NCBI GenBank assembly: GCA_902613995.1
Contig: CACMJG010000003.1
Location: 134,054 to 198,053, forward strand
DNA from: an uncultured Alphaproteobacteria bacterium
Lineage (GTDB): Bacteria; Pseudomonadota; Alphaproteobacteria; Methylaequorales; Methylaequoraceae
Length of the DNA stretch: 64,000 bases
Direction of reading: 5' to 3'
Part shown: positions 9,168-17,007 of the stretch, one piece after another
How the letters are laid out: the number at the start of each line of letters is the position of its first letter
Position numbering within the stretch: position 1 is the stretch's first letter
Translations under genes and position numbers: made by a program
Notes under the pieces: generated by a model
The model's database searches: none
Told to the model about the DNA's origin: nothing
Seen by the model: the letters and a program-made list of their open reading frames with translations, nothing else

Positions 9168-9317
9168 ATGACTAATGGGACTAATATTGAAGATACTTGT
9201 TGTAAGTACACCTGCTGTGCGGATGGCTGTTGTAGTATTGGTTGCAATACAGGAGATTGCAGCGAAACCTGTTGTAAAGACGGTTGCTGTGTCGATTCAG
9301 AAAACTGCTGTTCATAG
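9168..9317 (+). CDS. cysteine-rich small protein, 49 aa; metallothionein-like candidate
   Basis: Below the ORF-track cutoff. A GAGGAGGT Shine-Dalgarno sequence lies 6-7 nt before the ATG. Translation: MTNGTNIEDTCCKYTCCADGCCSIGCNTGDCSETCCKDGCCVDSENCCS. It has 14 Cys, mostly as CC doublets. It lies 160 nt upstream of zur on the same strand. Confidence 0.6.
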   Translation: MTNGTNIEDTCCKYTCCADGCCSIGCNTGDCSETCCKDGCCVDSENCCS

Positions 9318-9476
9318 AGATTAACTTATATAAAATTCATCATTGCAAACAATAATTTTTCATAATTTTGTGTAACAGATTAGTTTATATGCTTTTTTTA
9401 AATTAGTAAATTATTCAAAATGTGGTATTCTTTTTAAGAAGAAGAACTATATAAATAACTTGAAAGATTCAATTTT

Positions 9477-9908
9477 ATGAAAAATAAAATCTTACAAAAA
9501 GCACTCAAATTCTGTGACGAGAACAACTACCGTTTAACCGAACCAAGACAAAGAGTATTAGAAATTATATCTTCCACCAAAAAACCAATAAAAGCTTACG
9601 AGATTTTAAAAAAACTCTCTGAGGTATTTGATAACAACCCTAAACCTCCAACTATTTACAGAGCAATAGATTTCTGGCACTCACATAATTTTATTCATAG
9701 GGTGGAAAGTCAAAACGCTTACTTTCCATGTGTTGAAAATCATTTGCATAAAGGTTCACAATTTATGATTTGTGACGAATGTGGGAAAGTCATTGAAGCA
9801 CACTTCTGTGATTTACCAGAAAACATCAAACAAAGTACGAAGAAAAATGCCTTCATTCCAAAAGCATGGAACTTAGAGATTAAAGGCTTATGTGGTAATT
9901 GCTTGTAG
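9477..9908 (+). CDS. zur: zinc uptake regulator, Fur family
   Basis: 143 aa. Block-by-block resemblance to E. coli Zur: RLTEPRQRVLEII, KPPTIYRAIDFW, FIHRVESQNAYFPC, FMICDECGKVIE and KGLCGNC (two CxxC pairs). Confidence 0.85.
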   Translation: MKNKILQKALKFCDENNYRLTEPRQRVLEIISSTKKPIKAYEILKKLSEVFDNNPKPPTIYRAIDFWHSHNFIHRVESQNAYFPCVENHLHKGSQFMICDECGKVIEAHFCDLPENIKQSTKKNAFIPKAWNLEIKGLCGNCL

Positions 9909-9923
9909 AGGTTACATAAGATT

Positions 9924-10547
9924 TTAATTTGCTGCCAAGTTAGCTTTTTTCAAACGAAAAAAAATGTTGTAAAGATCATCTTTGGGAACAAGCTCAAGCA
10001 TTCCAGTTATATTTATAGGATCGTATGAATAAACAATAGGATCATCAGCATGTACTTCTATAATCAAATTGGATGATGCATGAGGGTAATATGGACAATG
10101 GACTGGAAATGGTATTAATAAGAAGGTTTTTTGTTTTTCGTTCTGATCTAAAGGGAACATATAACCTTGAACCAGTATTTTCTTATTTGCTAATTGTTTA
10201 ATTTCGTCTGTGAACTCTGGCCTCACCCCAGTCCATTCAAATCCTTCGCTATCCTCAAAAGTGTACTCGTCCATTCCTGTGTCTGCAAATACCTTCCAAG
10301 GCGTTCCTCCCTCTGGTAAACTTACAAAATCATCTATACTAGAAAACATCTCGTACATAAAATTTGGATCTTCTTTTTCTAAGTCTTCTGTTGAAAATAC
10401 CTCTGTAATCATTTTGTTTTTTCCAGATAAGATTTTTGCGAGATGAGCATAACCGTAAACTCTATCAAAATGAATTATGCTAAAAAATAAAGTTAAGACA
10501 AATGTAAGTTTTTTTAATTCTAAGTTGTTAAATTTTAATTGCTTCAT
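9924..10547 (-). CDS. secreted DUF3299-like protein, last gene of the ABC operon
   Basis: 207 aa with a signal anchor. C-terminal pattern VQGYMFPLD...FLLIPFPVHCPYYPH...NLIIEV, as in DUF3299 proteins found alongside MacB-type metal-regulated ABC systems. Confidence 0.6.
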   Translation of the reverse strand: MKQLKFNNLELKKLTFVLTLFFSIIHFDRVYGYAHLAKILSGKNKMITEVFSTEDLEKEDPNFMYEMFSSIDDFVSLPEGGTPWKVFADTGMDEYTFEDSEGFEWTGVRPEFTDEIKQLANKKILVQGYMFPLDQNEKQKTFLLIPFPVHCPYYPHASSNLIIEVHADDPIVYSYDPINITGMLELVPKDDLYNIFFRLKKANLAAN

Positions 10548-10553
10548 AAAAAT

Positions 10554-11960
10554 TCATATATTTCTTGAAAGTTGATTTGCAACACTAATTTGTGATGCCT
10601 TTATCGCAGGAAATAGTGCGGCAGCAATACCTGCAATAAAAACAATCACTACTATGAAAATTAAATTATTTGTTAAATTAAAGCTCTCCTGAATTATGTT
10701 TAAAGGAGCGATAACATTATTAATAATTTCAAATATTGTAATCCCAAACAAAAGCCCCAAAATCAAACCCAGTATTATGATTGTAATACCTTCAAAGATA
10801 ATAATCTTAAATACCCTTTTTTTAGTATATCCAAGTGCCCTGAGAGTAGCCAAGTCTCCCATTCTATTTTCAAGATTAGCTGCCAAACCAGCAAATATGC
10901 TCAAAGCTGCCATAAGAATTAAAATAATTGATAGAATTGCAAAACTTTTTGAACCCATTCCTAACATTGAAGTAAGTCGGGTAATCTCAACTGCTGGATT
11001 AGCAGCTTGAAATGAGGTTTCCTTATTCACAAATCTCGGAAGATTTATATTTGCAATTGGTGATTTTGTAGTTACTAAAAAAGCAGTTATCTCTGGAGGG
11101 TTGTTTGAATGTTCATGGGCATGTTCTTGAGTATGATCATCGTGATCGTCATCTTTTAAATTTACATTGTTATTTTTCTTATCACCAAAATGTTTGTGCT
11201 GATCAATTTCTTCAGAATGTTTGCTGTGACTTTCACCATTTTGATGATGTTCGTGATTATGATTGTTTTGAGTATGTTTGTGATGACTTTTATCATCTTC
11301 ATCTTTATCGGAGTGTTTAATGGGCTTTAGATGACTGTCATTTTTATTTAAAGTGTCTAATCCATGAATACTTAACACTGAGTCAACCGAAGTAATTATC
11401 AGTCTATCTATTACTGATCCAGTTTGTTTGATTTTGCCAACAACTTTATATTTTCTATCTCCATGAAAATCACCACCTTCCAAGAGTCCATGTGCACCTT
11501 CAAATTCCTGATTTAAATTAAGATTTACAGATGAACCCACTACAACTTCAAAATCGTTTTTCCAGACGCTACCTCCTTCTAGTTTTGCGTTATAATGTTC
11601 AAGATAATTTAAAGAAGTACCAACTATTCTATGGCCTTTCCAGTTGTCACCCAAAGCAAGCGGAATAGCATACTCTATTTGAGGATGATTAATAATTTTT
11701 TTTGCTTCATTAAAAGGAATGTTACCTGGAGGTATGTCAACATGATAAATAGTAGATAAAATTAATTGAAGAGGACTTCCTTTGGCTCCGATGACTAAAT
11801 CAATTCCACTTCCATCTTTTGAAAGTCTTTTGCTGAAAGTATGTTCAAATTGATTTATCAACAATGCAATTGCAACTCCAAATGCAGTCAAAAAAATAGA
11901 TAGAGAGCAATTTAGCCACCTTGACTTCAATGAATAATAAATAAAAATTATATCATTCAT
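10554..11960 (-). CDS. ABC transporter permease, FtsX/MacB type, with a His-rich periplasmic insertion
   Basis: 468 aa. N-terminal TM segment, a large extracytoplasmic domain and a C-terminal FtsX-type 3-TM bundle. Residues ~209-285 (nt 11106-11336) contain 18 His (KSHHKHTQNNHNHEHHQ...HAHEH). Confidence 0.85.
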   Translation of the reverse strand: MNDIIFIYYSLKSRWLNCSLSIFLTAFGVAIALLINQFEHTFSKRLSKDGSGIDLVIGAKGSPLQLILSTIYHVDIPPGNIPFNEAKKIINHPQIEYAIPLALGDNWKGHRIVGTSLNYLEHYNAKLEGGSVWKNDFEVVVGSSVNLNLNQEFEGAHGLLEGGDFHGDRKYKVVGKIKQTGSVIDRLIITSVDSVLSIHGLDTLNKNDSHLKPIKHSDKDEDDKSHHKHTQNNHNHEHHQNGESHSKHSEEIDQHKHFGDKKNNNVNLKDDDHDDHTQEHAHEHSNNPPEITAFLVTTKSPIANINLPRFVNKETSFQAANPAVEITRLTSMLGMGSKSFAILSIILILMAALSIFAGLAANLENRMGDLATLRALGYTKKRVFKIIIFEGITIIILGLILGLLFGITIFEIINNVIAPLNIIQESFNLTNNLIFIVVIVFIAGIAAALFPAIKASQISVANQLSRNI

Positions 11961-12580
11961 TAATCTAGCTCCAAAAAATTTGAAAATTTTTTCTTTATTC
12001 TAGAATCATGTGAAGAAACAATTAGTGTTGTATTATTCTTTTCTGCCTGAGCAAATAAAAGTTTCATAACTTTCTCCGAATTATTGTCATCAAGAGCAGA
12101 AGTTGGTTCATCAGCAAAAATTACTTTTGGTTTACTTACTATTGCACGTGCAATTGCAACTCTTTGAGCTTCGCCGACACTTAGTTCTCTAATTTTACTT
12201 TTTCTTTTATCTAAAAGCCCAAGCTCTTCAATCAATGAATTCATATTACTAGAGTTAGAAGAAACATTGGCTAATTGAATATTCTGTTCAACATTCAAAT
12301 AATTTATAAGATACAATCTTTGGAATACAAAACCAAAGTTTTTTGCGCGAAGTGTGTCAAGCTGATTTTCTGAAAGTTCAAACAGATCTTCATTTTCGAA
12401 TATAATCTTTCCGAACTGTGATTGTAATAAGCCGGACATCAGGTTGATTAATGTTGTTTTACCACAACCTGATGGACCGTGTACTAGAAGTTTCTGACCT
12501 CTGTCAATTGTAAAATTTTGGTTATCAAATACAATTTGATCATCGTATTTAAATTTCAAATTTTCTATTTTAAAATGCAT
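11960..12580 (-). CDS. ABC transporter ATP-binding protein
   Basis: 206 aa. Walker A GPSGCGKTT, signature LSVGEAQR, Walker B IFADEPTSALD. Confidence 0.9.
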   Translation of the reverse strand: MHFKIENLKFKYDDQIVFDNQNFTIDRGQKLLVHGPSGCGKTTLINLMSGLLQSQFGKIIFENEDLFELSENQLDTLRAKNFGFVFQRLYLINYLNVEQNIQLANVSSNSSNMNSLIEELGLLDKRKSKIRELSVGEAQRVAIARAIVSKPKVIFADEPTSALDDNNSEKVMKLLFAQAEKNNTTLIVSSHDSRIKKKFSNFLELD

Positions 12581-12727
12581 TGTTCATTTATTTTATAAAT
12601 GATTATCCTTTATACAACAAAAGAGGTAATTAATTTTGCAAATTTTTTTTATTTTAAATAAAAAATTGAATAAATATTTTTTTTTCACTTTTATTTACTA
12701 TTTTACTAAATCAATTCTATTTGCAAA

Positions 12728-12877
12728 TCATTTTATTGAATTCTTTTTGAAGATTTTAGAAATTAGAGAGATTGATTGTTTATATCTTTCTGAAGAAATA
12801 TATTTTTCACGTTCAATATCGTCCATTTCGTCTCTTAAGAATCTTCCAAATTCTTGATGTATACTTTCTTTAACCAT
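12728..12877 (-). CDS. possible 49-aa hypothetical protein
   Basis: My translation: MVKESIHQEFGRFLRDEMDDIEREKYISSERYKQSISLISKIFKKNSIK. It has the same orientation as its neighbours and a weak RBS. The competing plus-strand ORF 12636-12857 looks like low-complexity noise. Confidence 0.3.
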   Translation of the reverse strand: MVKESIHQEFGRFLRDEMDDIEREKYISSERYKQSISLISKIFKKNSIK

Positions 12878-12897
12878 TTTCTATCTTAAAGTTTTAT

Positions 12898-13422
12898 TTA
12901 TTTTTTTCCTTTAGCGGTCAATGAATCCATGTAAGCTAAAAGAACACCGCTGAGAACAAAAGTAAAATGTACTGCTATAAATAAGATAACCTGACTTTGA
13001 GTGTACTTCTCTAATCCAAAAAAAATTTTTAAAAGGTGAATCCCAGAGATAGCAACTATTGATGAAACTAGTTTCAATTTAAGACCTCCAAAATCAACAG
13101 TTCCCATCCATTCGGGTTTATCTTCATGATTATTGATATTTATCTTTGAAACAAAATTTTCATAACCAGAAAAAATTACAATTATCAAAAGATTTCCTGC
13201 AAAAGATAAATCAATAAGTGTTAATATGAAAAGGATGACTTCAGTTTCGTTAGTTGTAAAATTCATTGTGAAATGAATAATTTCTTTGATGAACACAATC
13301 AGAAGGAAAAATAAAGAAAGAATTAATCCAAAATAAAAAGGTGCAAGAAGCCACCTTGAAGCGAACATAAATCTTTCCATAAATTTTTCAAAATTTTTTA
13401 ACATATTAAACCTCAGCAACAC
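12898..13422 (-). CDS. UPF0114 (YqhA-like) membrane protein
   Basis: 174 aa. ASRWLLAPFYFGLILSL motif and 4 TM segments, typical of the YqhA family. Confidence 0.65.
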   Translation of the reverse strand: MLLRFNMLKNFEKFMERFMFASRWLLAPFYFGLILSLFFLLIVFIKEIIHFTMNFTTNETEVILFILTLIDLSFAGNLLIIVIFSGYENFVSKININNHEDKPEWMGTVDFGGLKLKLVSSIVAISGIHLLKIFFGLEKYTQSQVILFIAVHFTFVLSGVLLAYMDSLTAKGKK

Positions 13423-13512
13423 AACTATTATTGAATTTCAATTATAAAGTAAAGATTTCTAATTAATATAATTTTATCTGTCTGCTCAACAAATAATTAT
13501 TAAATTGAATTC

Positions 13513-13962
13513 TTATTTCTTTTCAAAACATTGTCCTCTAATTTCAGATGAAAAGAAAACTTTACCATTATGGTCATGATAAAATTTAATAAAACTTAAA
13601 TAACCTCCGAATTTTTCGAAAGTAATTTTAAAGCTTGATTCCAACTTTTCTTTATTATCTTCGAAAAATTCATAAAGGTTGAAAAATATTACTTTTTCAG
13701 TTTCTTCAAATTTTTTTTCTATTTTTCCTACAGTCTCTTTGTTTTGATTTTGCCATTTTTTATAAGAAATATCACTTACCCAAAGATTAACTCTATCAAT
13801 AAAAATGAAAATATCTTTTTCTGTATAATTTTTATTTTTTGCAGGCTTATTATTTTCTAATTCTTCCGTAATAGTGCATTTCATTTCTAGTTTATCATTT
13901 CCTAACACATCAAAAAAAATAATGCCAAGTACCATTGAAATTATTATCGAATTATAGTTCAT
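13513..13962 (-). CDS. hypothetical protein with an N-terminal membrane anchor
   Basis: 149 aa. No recognisable motif. Confidence 0.45.
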   Translation of the reverse strand: MNYNSIIISMVLGIIFFDVLGNDKLEMKCTITEELENNKPAKNKNYTEKDIFIFIDRVNLWVSDISYKKWQNQNKETVGKIEKKFEETEKVIFFNLYEFFEDNKEKLESSFKITFEKFGGYLSFIKFYHDHNGKVFFSSEIRGQCFEKK

Positions 13963-14158
13963 TGATAGATAAAAGTTTTTTAAGTTTAAGTCATATTAAT
14001 AGATTTTTTGGTGTCTAGGAAGTAAGAACACAAGTTAATATTTAAATCTTAATGGATTGTAACAATGAGCCTAATGGAAATAATAGTGGTAGCAGGGATG
14101 TGGTTGCTCGTATTTATACTTTACAAAAAGTGGAAATAAAACATCAAAAATTTAATAA

Positions 14159-14677
14159 TCATTCAAAATATTTCTCGTAAATAAATTTTCCATTTTTGTA
14201 CACATCCTCCTTTTCTTTCCTACCATCTTTATCGTAATATATCCAATTTGTGGAAGGTTTGTCGTTTTTGTAAACAACTTCGGATTTCAGCGCACCATTT
14301 TTATGGAACATTTGAAATGGACCATCTATTTTTTTTCCATTTTTATATTCAAGCTTCCAATAAAGGGATCCATCATCATAATACTCAAACCAAAAACCAA
14401 CTTGCTTTCCCTCATCAAAACTCCCAGTCATCGATATTTTTCCATTTCTATGAAAACTTTTAAATTCCCCATGCTGTTTTCCATCTTTGAAATGATCGAT
14501 TACAGATATTTCGCCGGTTGGAAAAAAATTTTTAAGAACTCCAGTAAAAGGTAGGTTATCAGACTTTTTATAATACGTGTTGCCTTTCCTGATTAATTTA
14601 CTCCAAGAATCAAGTTCCTCTGCACCTAGGCTAATCGAGAGAAATAAAAAGAGTATTAAAAATAAATTAAACTTCAT
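14159..14677 (-). CDS. secreted MORN/YwqK-type repeat protein
   Basis: 172 aa with a signal peptide. Repeated G-x-x-x-G/Y-x-x-GK-x-x-G units (FKDGKQHGEFKSFHRNGK, YKNGKKIDGPF). Confidence 0.6.
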   Translation of the reverse strand: MKFNLFLILFLFLSISLGAEELDSWSKLIRKGNTYYKKSDNLPFTGVLKNFFPTGEISVIDHFKDGKQHGEFKSFHRNGKISMTGSFDEGKQVGFWFEYYDDGSLYWKLEYKNGKKIDGPFQMFHKNGALKSEVVYKNDKPSTNWIYYDKDGRKEKEDVYKNGKFIYEKYFE

Positions 14678-14730
14678 TTAAAATTTTATTTATGTTTAGT
14701 TTAAAAAAACATTTTTATAAGTGTTAATTG

Positions 14731-14755
14731 AAAAAAGGGGAGTTTCCTCCCCTTT
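14731..14755 (-). terminator. Rho-independent terminator (minus strand)
   Basis: The minus strand reads GGGGAG-GAAA-CTCCCC followed by TTTTTT. Confidence 0.7.
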
Positions 14756-14788
14756 CGTACTAAAGCTTATTACAACTTACTATAACTA

Positions 14789-14863
14789 CTACCTTTTAAT
14801 CAAAGGTTGCTCTGACAAAAAGTGTAATAATTTAAGCTGAATAAAATCTATAATACTAGACAT
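14789..14863 (-). CDS. candidate 24-aa micro-protein
   Basis: TAAGGAGGTGATC (13 nt, perfectly complementary to the canonical 16S 3' tail) ends 2 nt before the ATG. Translation: MSSIIDFIQLKLLHFLSEQPLIKR. The terminator lies 35 nt downstream. Confidence 0.35.
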   Translation of the reverse strand: MSSIIDFIQLKLLHFLSEQPLIKR

Positions 14864-14953
14864 CAGATCACCTCCTTATCATTGGTTAATGTGTATAAGA
14901 TATTCATGGTTTAATTGAAAAACAAGCATGAATAAAATTATTTTAAAAAAATT

Positions 14954-15232
14954 CTATTTTCCTTGAGAGCACCATGATTTTACATTTTCCATATAGTCTG
15001 AAAAATATTCTGAAATAACTTGAAGTTCAAATTCTCTCAAAATTTCGGTATTTTTTTCTTTTTTTAACAAAAATTCAAAACTTAAATTAACAAGTTTTTC
15101 TTTTGTTATTTTTTTTTGGGTAAGTTTTTGAAAAATTTCATCTTTTAACGTAACATGATGACAAGTTTCAATATTATCTTTTATATAGACTTTGAACAGA
15201 TCGTTGTTTATCTGATCTATCTGGAATTTCAT
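14954..15232 (-). CDS. hypothetical protein
   Basis: 92 aa. Its start overlaps the upstream stop (ATGA), suggesting translational coupling. Confidence 0.5.
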   Translation of the reverse strand: MKFQIDQINNDLFKVYIKDNIETCHHVTLKDEIFQKLTQKKITKEKLVNLSFEFLLKKEKNTEILREFELQVISEYFSDYMENVKSWCSQGK

Positions 15233-15633
15233 ATATCTTTCTTACCTAAAGGATTATCATTATCAGTCCAATCCTTTAAAGATCTTTCATATAAATTGAA
15301 ATCATTTCCTGGGTGACTGGTATAAGTGACATATTGATTATTTAATTTTATACCAAGTATCTCTTTAACGCCTTCCATATATTTAATAGCAAGTTCTCTT
15401 TTTTGTCTATTAGTCCGTCCATTTCTCAAATCAAGGTTCATGAAACAAACAAAATCACCTAATTCAGCTCTCCCTAAAGTCAAAGAAAATTTTGGGAACT
15501 CTCTTAAACTTACTGCGATGTGATTAACCCCGGTCCTCATTGTCTCTGAAAACACACTTTTTACGTATTCAACAAAAACTTTTCTTTGTTCATTGTTGAG
15601 TTTCTTATTTACATCAAATTGTAGATGTGGCAT
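15229..15633 (-). CDS. hypothetical protein, possibly tautomerase-superfamily
   Basis: 134 aa. It begins MPHLQF, so Pro would be residue 1 after Met removal. Size and beta-alpha-beta-like layout fit long tautomerase members. The assignment is weak. Confidence 0.4.
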   Translation of the reverse strand: MPHLQFDVNKKLNNEQRKVFVEYVKSVFSETMRTGVNHIAVSLREFPKFSLTLGRAELGDFVCFMNLDLRNGRTNRQKRELAIKYMEGVKEILGIKLNNQYVTYTSHPGNDFNLYERSLKDWTDNDNPLGKKDI

Positions 15634-15679
15634 CTGACCATGTTAATCTTTTTTTCTTAAATTCTCAAATAATATGCAA

Positions 15680-16489
15680 TTATTTGATTAAAGTGGAAAA
15701 GAAAAGTTGTTTGTTTTTAACTTTAAAATTATTGATAATTTTTTTTGTACTATTAGAAATTAACCAATCAACAAATATTTTTGTTAATTTTGATTTTGTA
15801 TTAGGACATTTGCTTGGATTGATAGGAATTACTCCGTAATGATTTAAAAGTAGAGGTTCATTTGATACCAAAATTTCATGTTCTCTTTTATTATTAAAAC
15901 TTATCCAAGTAGCTCGATCTGAAATTATATAAGCATTTTTATTTACAGCAATATTAAGAGCGCCCCCCATTCCTTGTCCGACTGACAAATACCATTTATC
16001 ATTTTTCACGTCCGGCATTCTTCCTGATGCATTCCATATTGAAAGTTCTTTTTTATAGGTCCCACTATCGTCTCCCCTTGAAATAAACAAAGATTTTGAG
16101 TTAACTATTTTTTTTAAGGCTATTTTAATAGAGTTATCTATTTTTGTTTTTGCAGGGTCATTTTTAGGGCCAATAAGAACATAATCGTTAAACATAAACT
16201 CACTTCTAAATAAACCAAATCCCTCATTTACAAATTTTTCTTCTGATTGTTTATCATGAACTATTAAGACATCAGCATCGCACTTTTTTGCATTTTTTAA
16301 TGCTTGGCCCGTACCAACAGCAACAACTCTTATGTCAAAGCCGTATTTTTCTGTAAATTTTGGTAGAAGATAGTCGTAAAAACCAGAGTCTCTGGTGGAT
16401 GTCGTAGATTGCAAAAGTATAAACTCTTTTGAATTTATAGAGTTAAAGTTGAAGAAAATTATAATTAAAAAGAGTTTTACAAATTTCAT
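15680..16489 (-). CDS. periplasmic oxyanion-binding protein, TupA-like (tungstate/molybdate type); orphan
   Basis: 269 aa with a signal peptide. LLQSTTSTRDSGFYDYLLPKF...VVAVGTGQALKNAKKCDADVLIVHD matches the TTTS..SGL / AVGTGQAL / GDADVL blocks of TupA. There is no permease or ATPase nearby. Confidence 0.7.
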   Translation of the reverse strand: MKFVKLFLIIIFFNFNSINSKEFILLQSTTSTRDSGFYDYLLPKFTEKYGFDIRVVAVGTGQALKNAKKCDADVLIVHDKQSEEKFVNEGFGLFRSEFMFNDYVLIGPKNDPAKTKIDNSIKIALKKIVNSKSLFISRGDDSGTYKKELSIWNASGRMPDVKNDKWYLSVGQGMGGALNIAVNKNAYIISDRATWISFNNKREHEILVSNEPLLLNHYGVIPINPSKCPNTKSKLTKIFVDWLISNSTKKIINNFKVKNKQLFFSTLIK

Positions 16490-16575
16490 TTGCTCATAAG
16501 ATATTTATATTATCTTGATAATCAATTGATTTTTAATCAGTTTGACTAAGAATTAATTAAAAGTTTATTTAATTT

Positions 16576-16902
16576 TTAATGAAGCTTATCTGAATAATTT
16601 TCGTCGTAGTTAGAGAAATCCTTTTTACAATTCGGACAAAGTTGTTTAGCTAATGATTGTGCTTCCACAAAAGCTCGATCAGACTCTCTAAGTAGTCTTG
16701 TTAGCAAATATTTTCCTAAATTAGTTTTAAGTGTTTTGAGTTTTGAAGATCCCCAAAGTTTTTTAATTAATTCATCGTACCTTGAATGAATTAACTTTCT
16801 TTTTCCAATAACATCATAAATTATTTCTAAAATTATTTCCTGAAAATTATCCTCAGTTATTGTTTGATTAGTAGAAATTGAAATATTAAGGTTTTTTTTC
16901 AT
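16576..16902 (-). CDS. hypothetical protein
   Basis: 108 aa. A single CPNC pair near the C-terminus. No family recognised. Confidence 0.45.
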   Translation of the reverse strand: MKKNLNISISTNQTITEDNFQEIILEIIYDVIGKRKLIHSRYDELIKKLWGSSKLKTLKTNLGKYLLTRLLRESDRAFVEAQSLAKQLCPNCKKDFSNYDENYSDKLH

Positions 16903-17007
16903 TTCTTTAGTTTTTTAAAGAGTAATTCTTGTATATGAGATGGAAGAAATCAAGAGTATGATTAATTATATGTGGAGAATTTTGATTCCTTCCATCCATA
17001 TTCTTGG

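Noticed and set aside
9067-9476. Looked for Zur-box-like palindromes upstream of the Cys-rich ORF and of zur, and at 12581-12727 upstream of the ABC operon.
   Set aside because: Only weak, AT-rich partial symmetries turned up (for example ATAAATGATTATCCTTTAT near 12594). They cannot be told apart from background by eye, so a clade-specific PWM is needed.
12636-12857. 73-aa plus-strand ORF between yqhA and the ABC operon.
   Set aside because: The translation is low-complexity (MQIFFILNKKLNKYFFFTFIYYF...) and the strand is opposite to all neighbours. The overlapping minus-strand 49-aa ORF (12728-12877) is the more protein-like reading, and even that has low confidence.
14052-14139. Tiny ORFs in the 13963-14158 spacer. 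One is the 24-aa hydrophobic MSLMEIIVVAGMWLLVFILYKKWK (14065-14139), which resembles a type I toxin. The other is an overlapping ORF starting at ATG 14052.
   Set aside because: There is no Shine-Dalgarno sequence, no flanking terminator or antisense promoter that I could recognise, and two competing frames. A hydrophobic 24-mer is easy to get by chance in T-rich DNA.
16939-16996. 15-bp inverted repeat with 1 mismatch (GATGGAAGAAATCAA / TTGATTCCTTCCATC) and a 28-nt loop, just downstream of the TBDR stop. The 63-aa plus-strand ORF 16940-17131 overlaps it.
   Set aside because: No U-tract follows on the transcribed (minus) strand and the loop is large, so it is not a canonical terminator. The ORF runs into the TBDR 3' end on the antisense strand and is probably spurious. 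It may still act as an RNA-stabilising stem.
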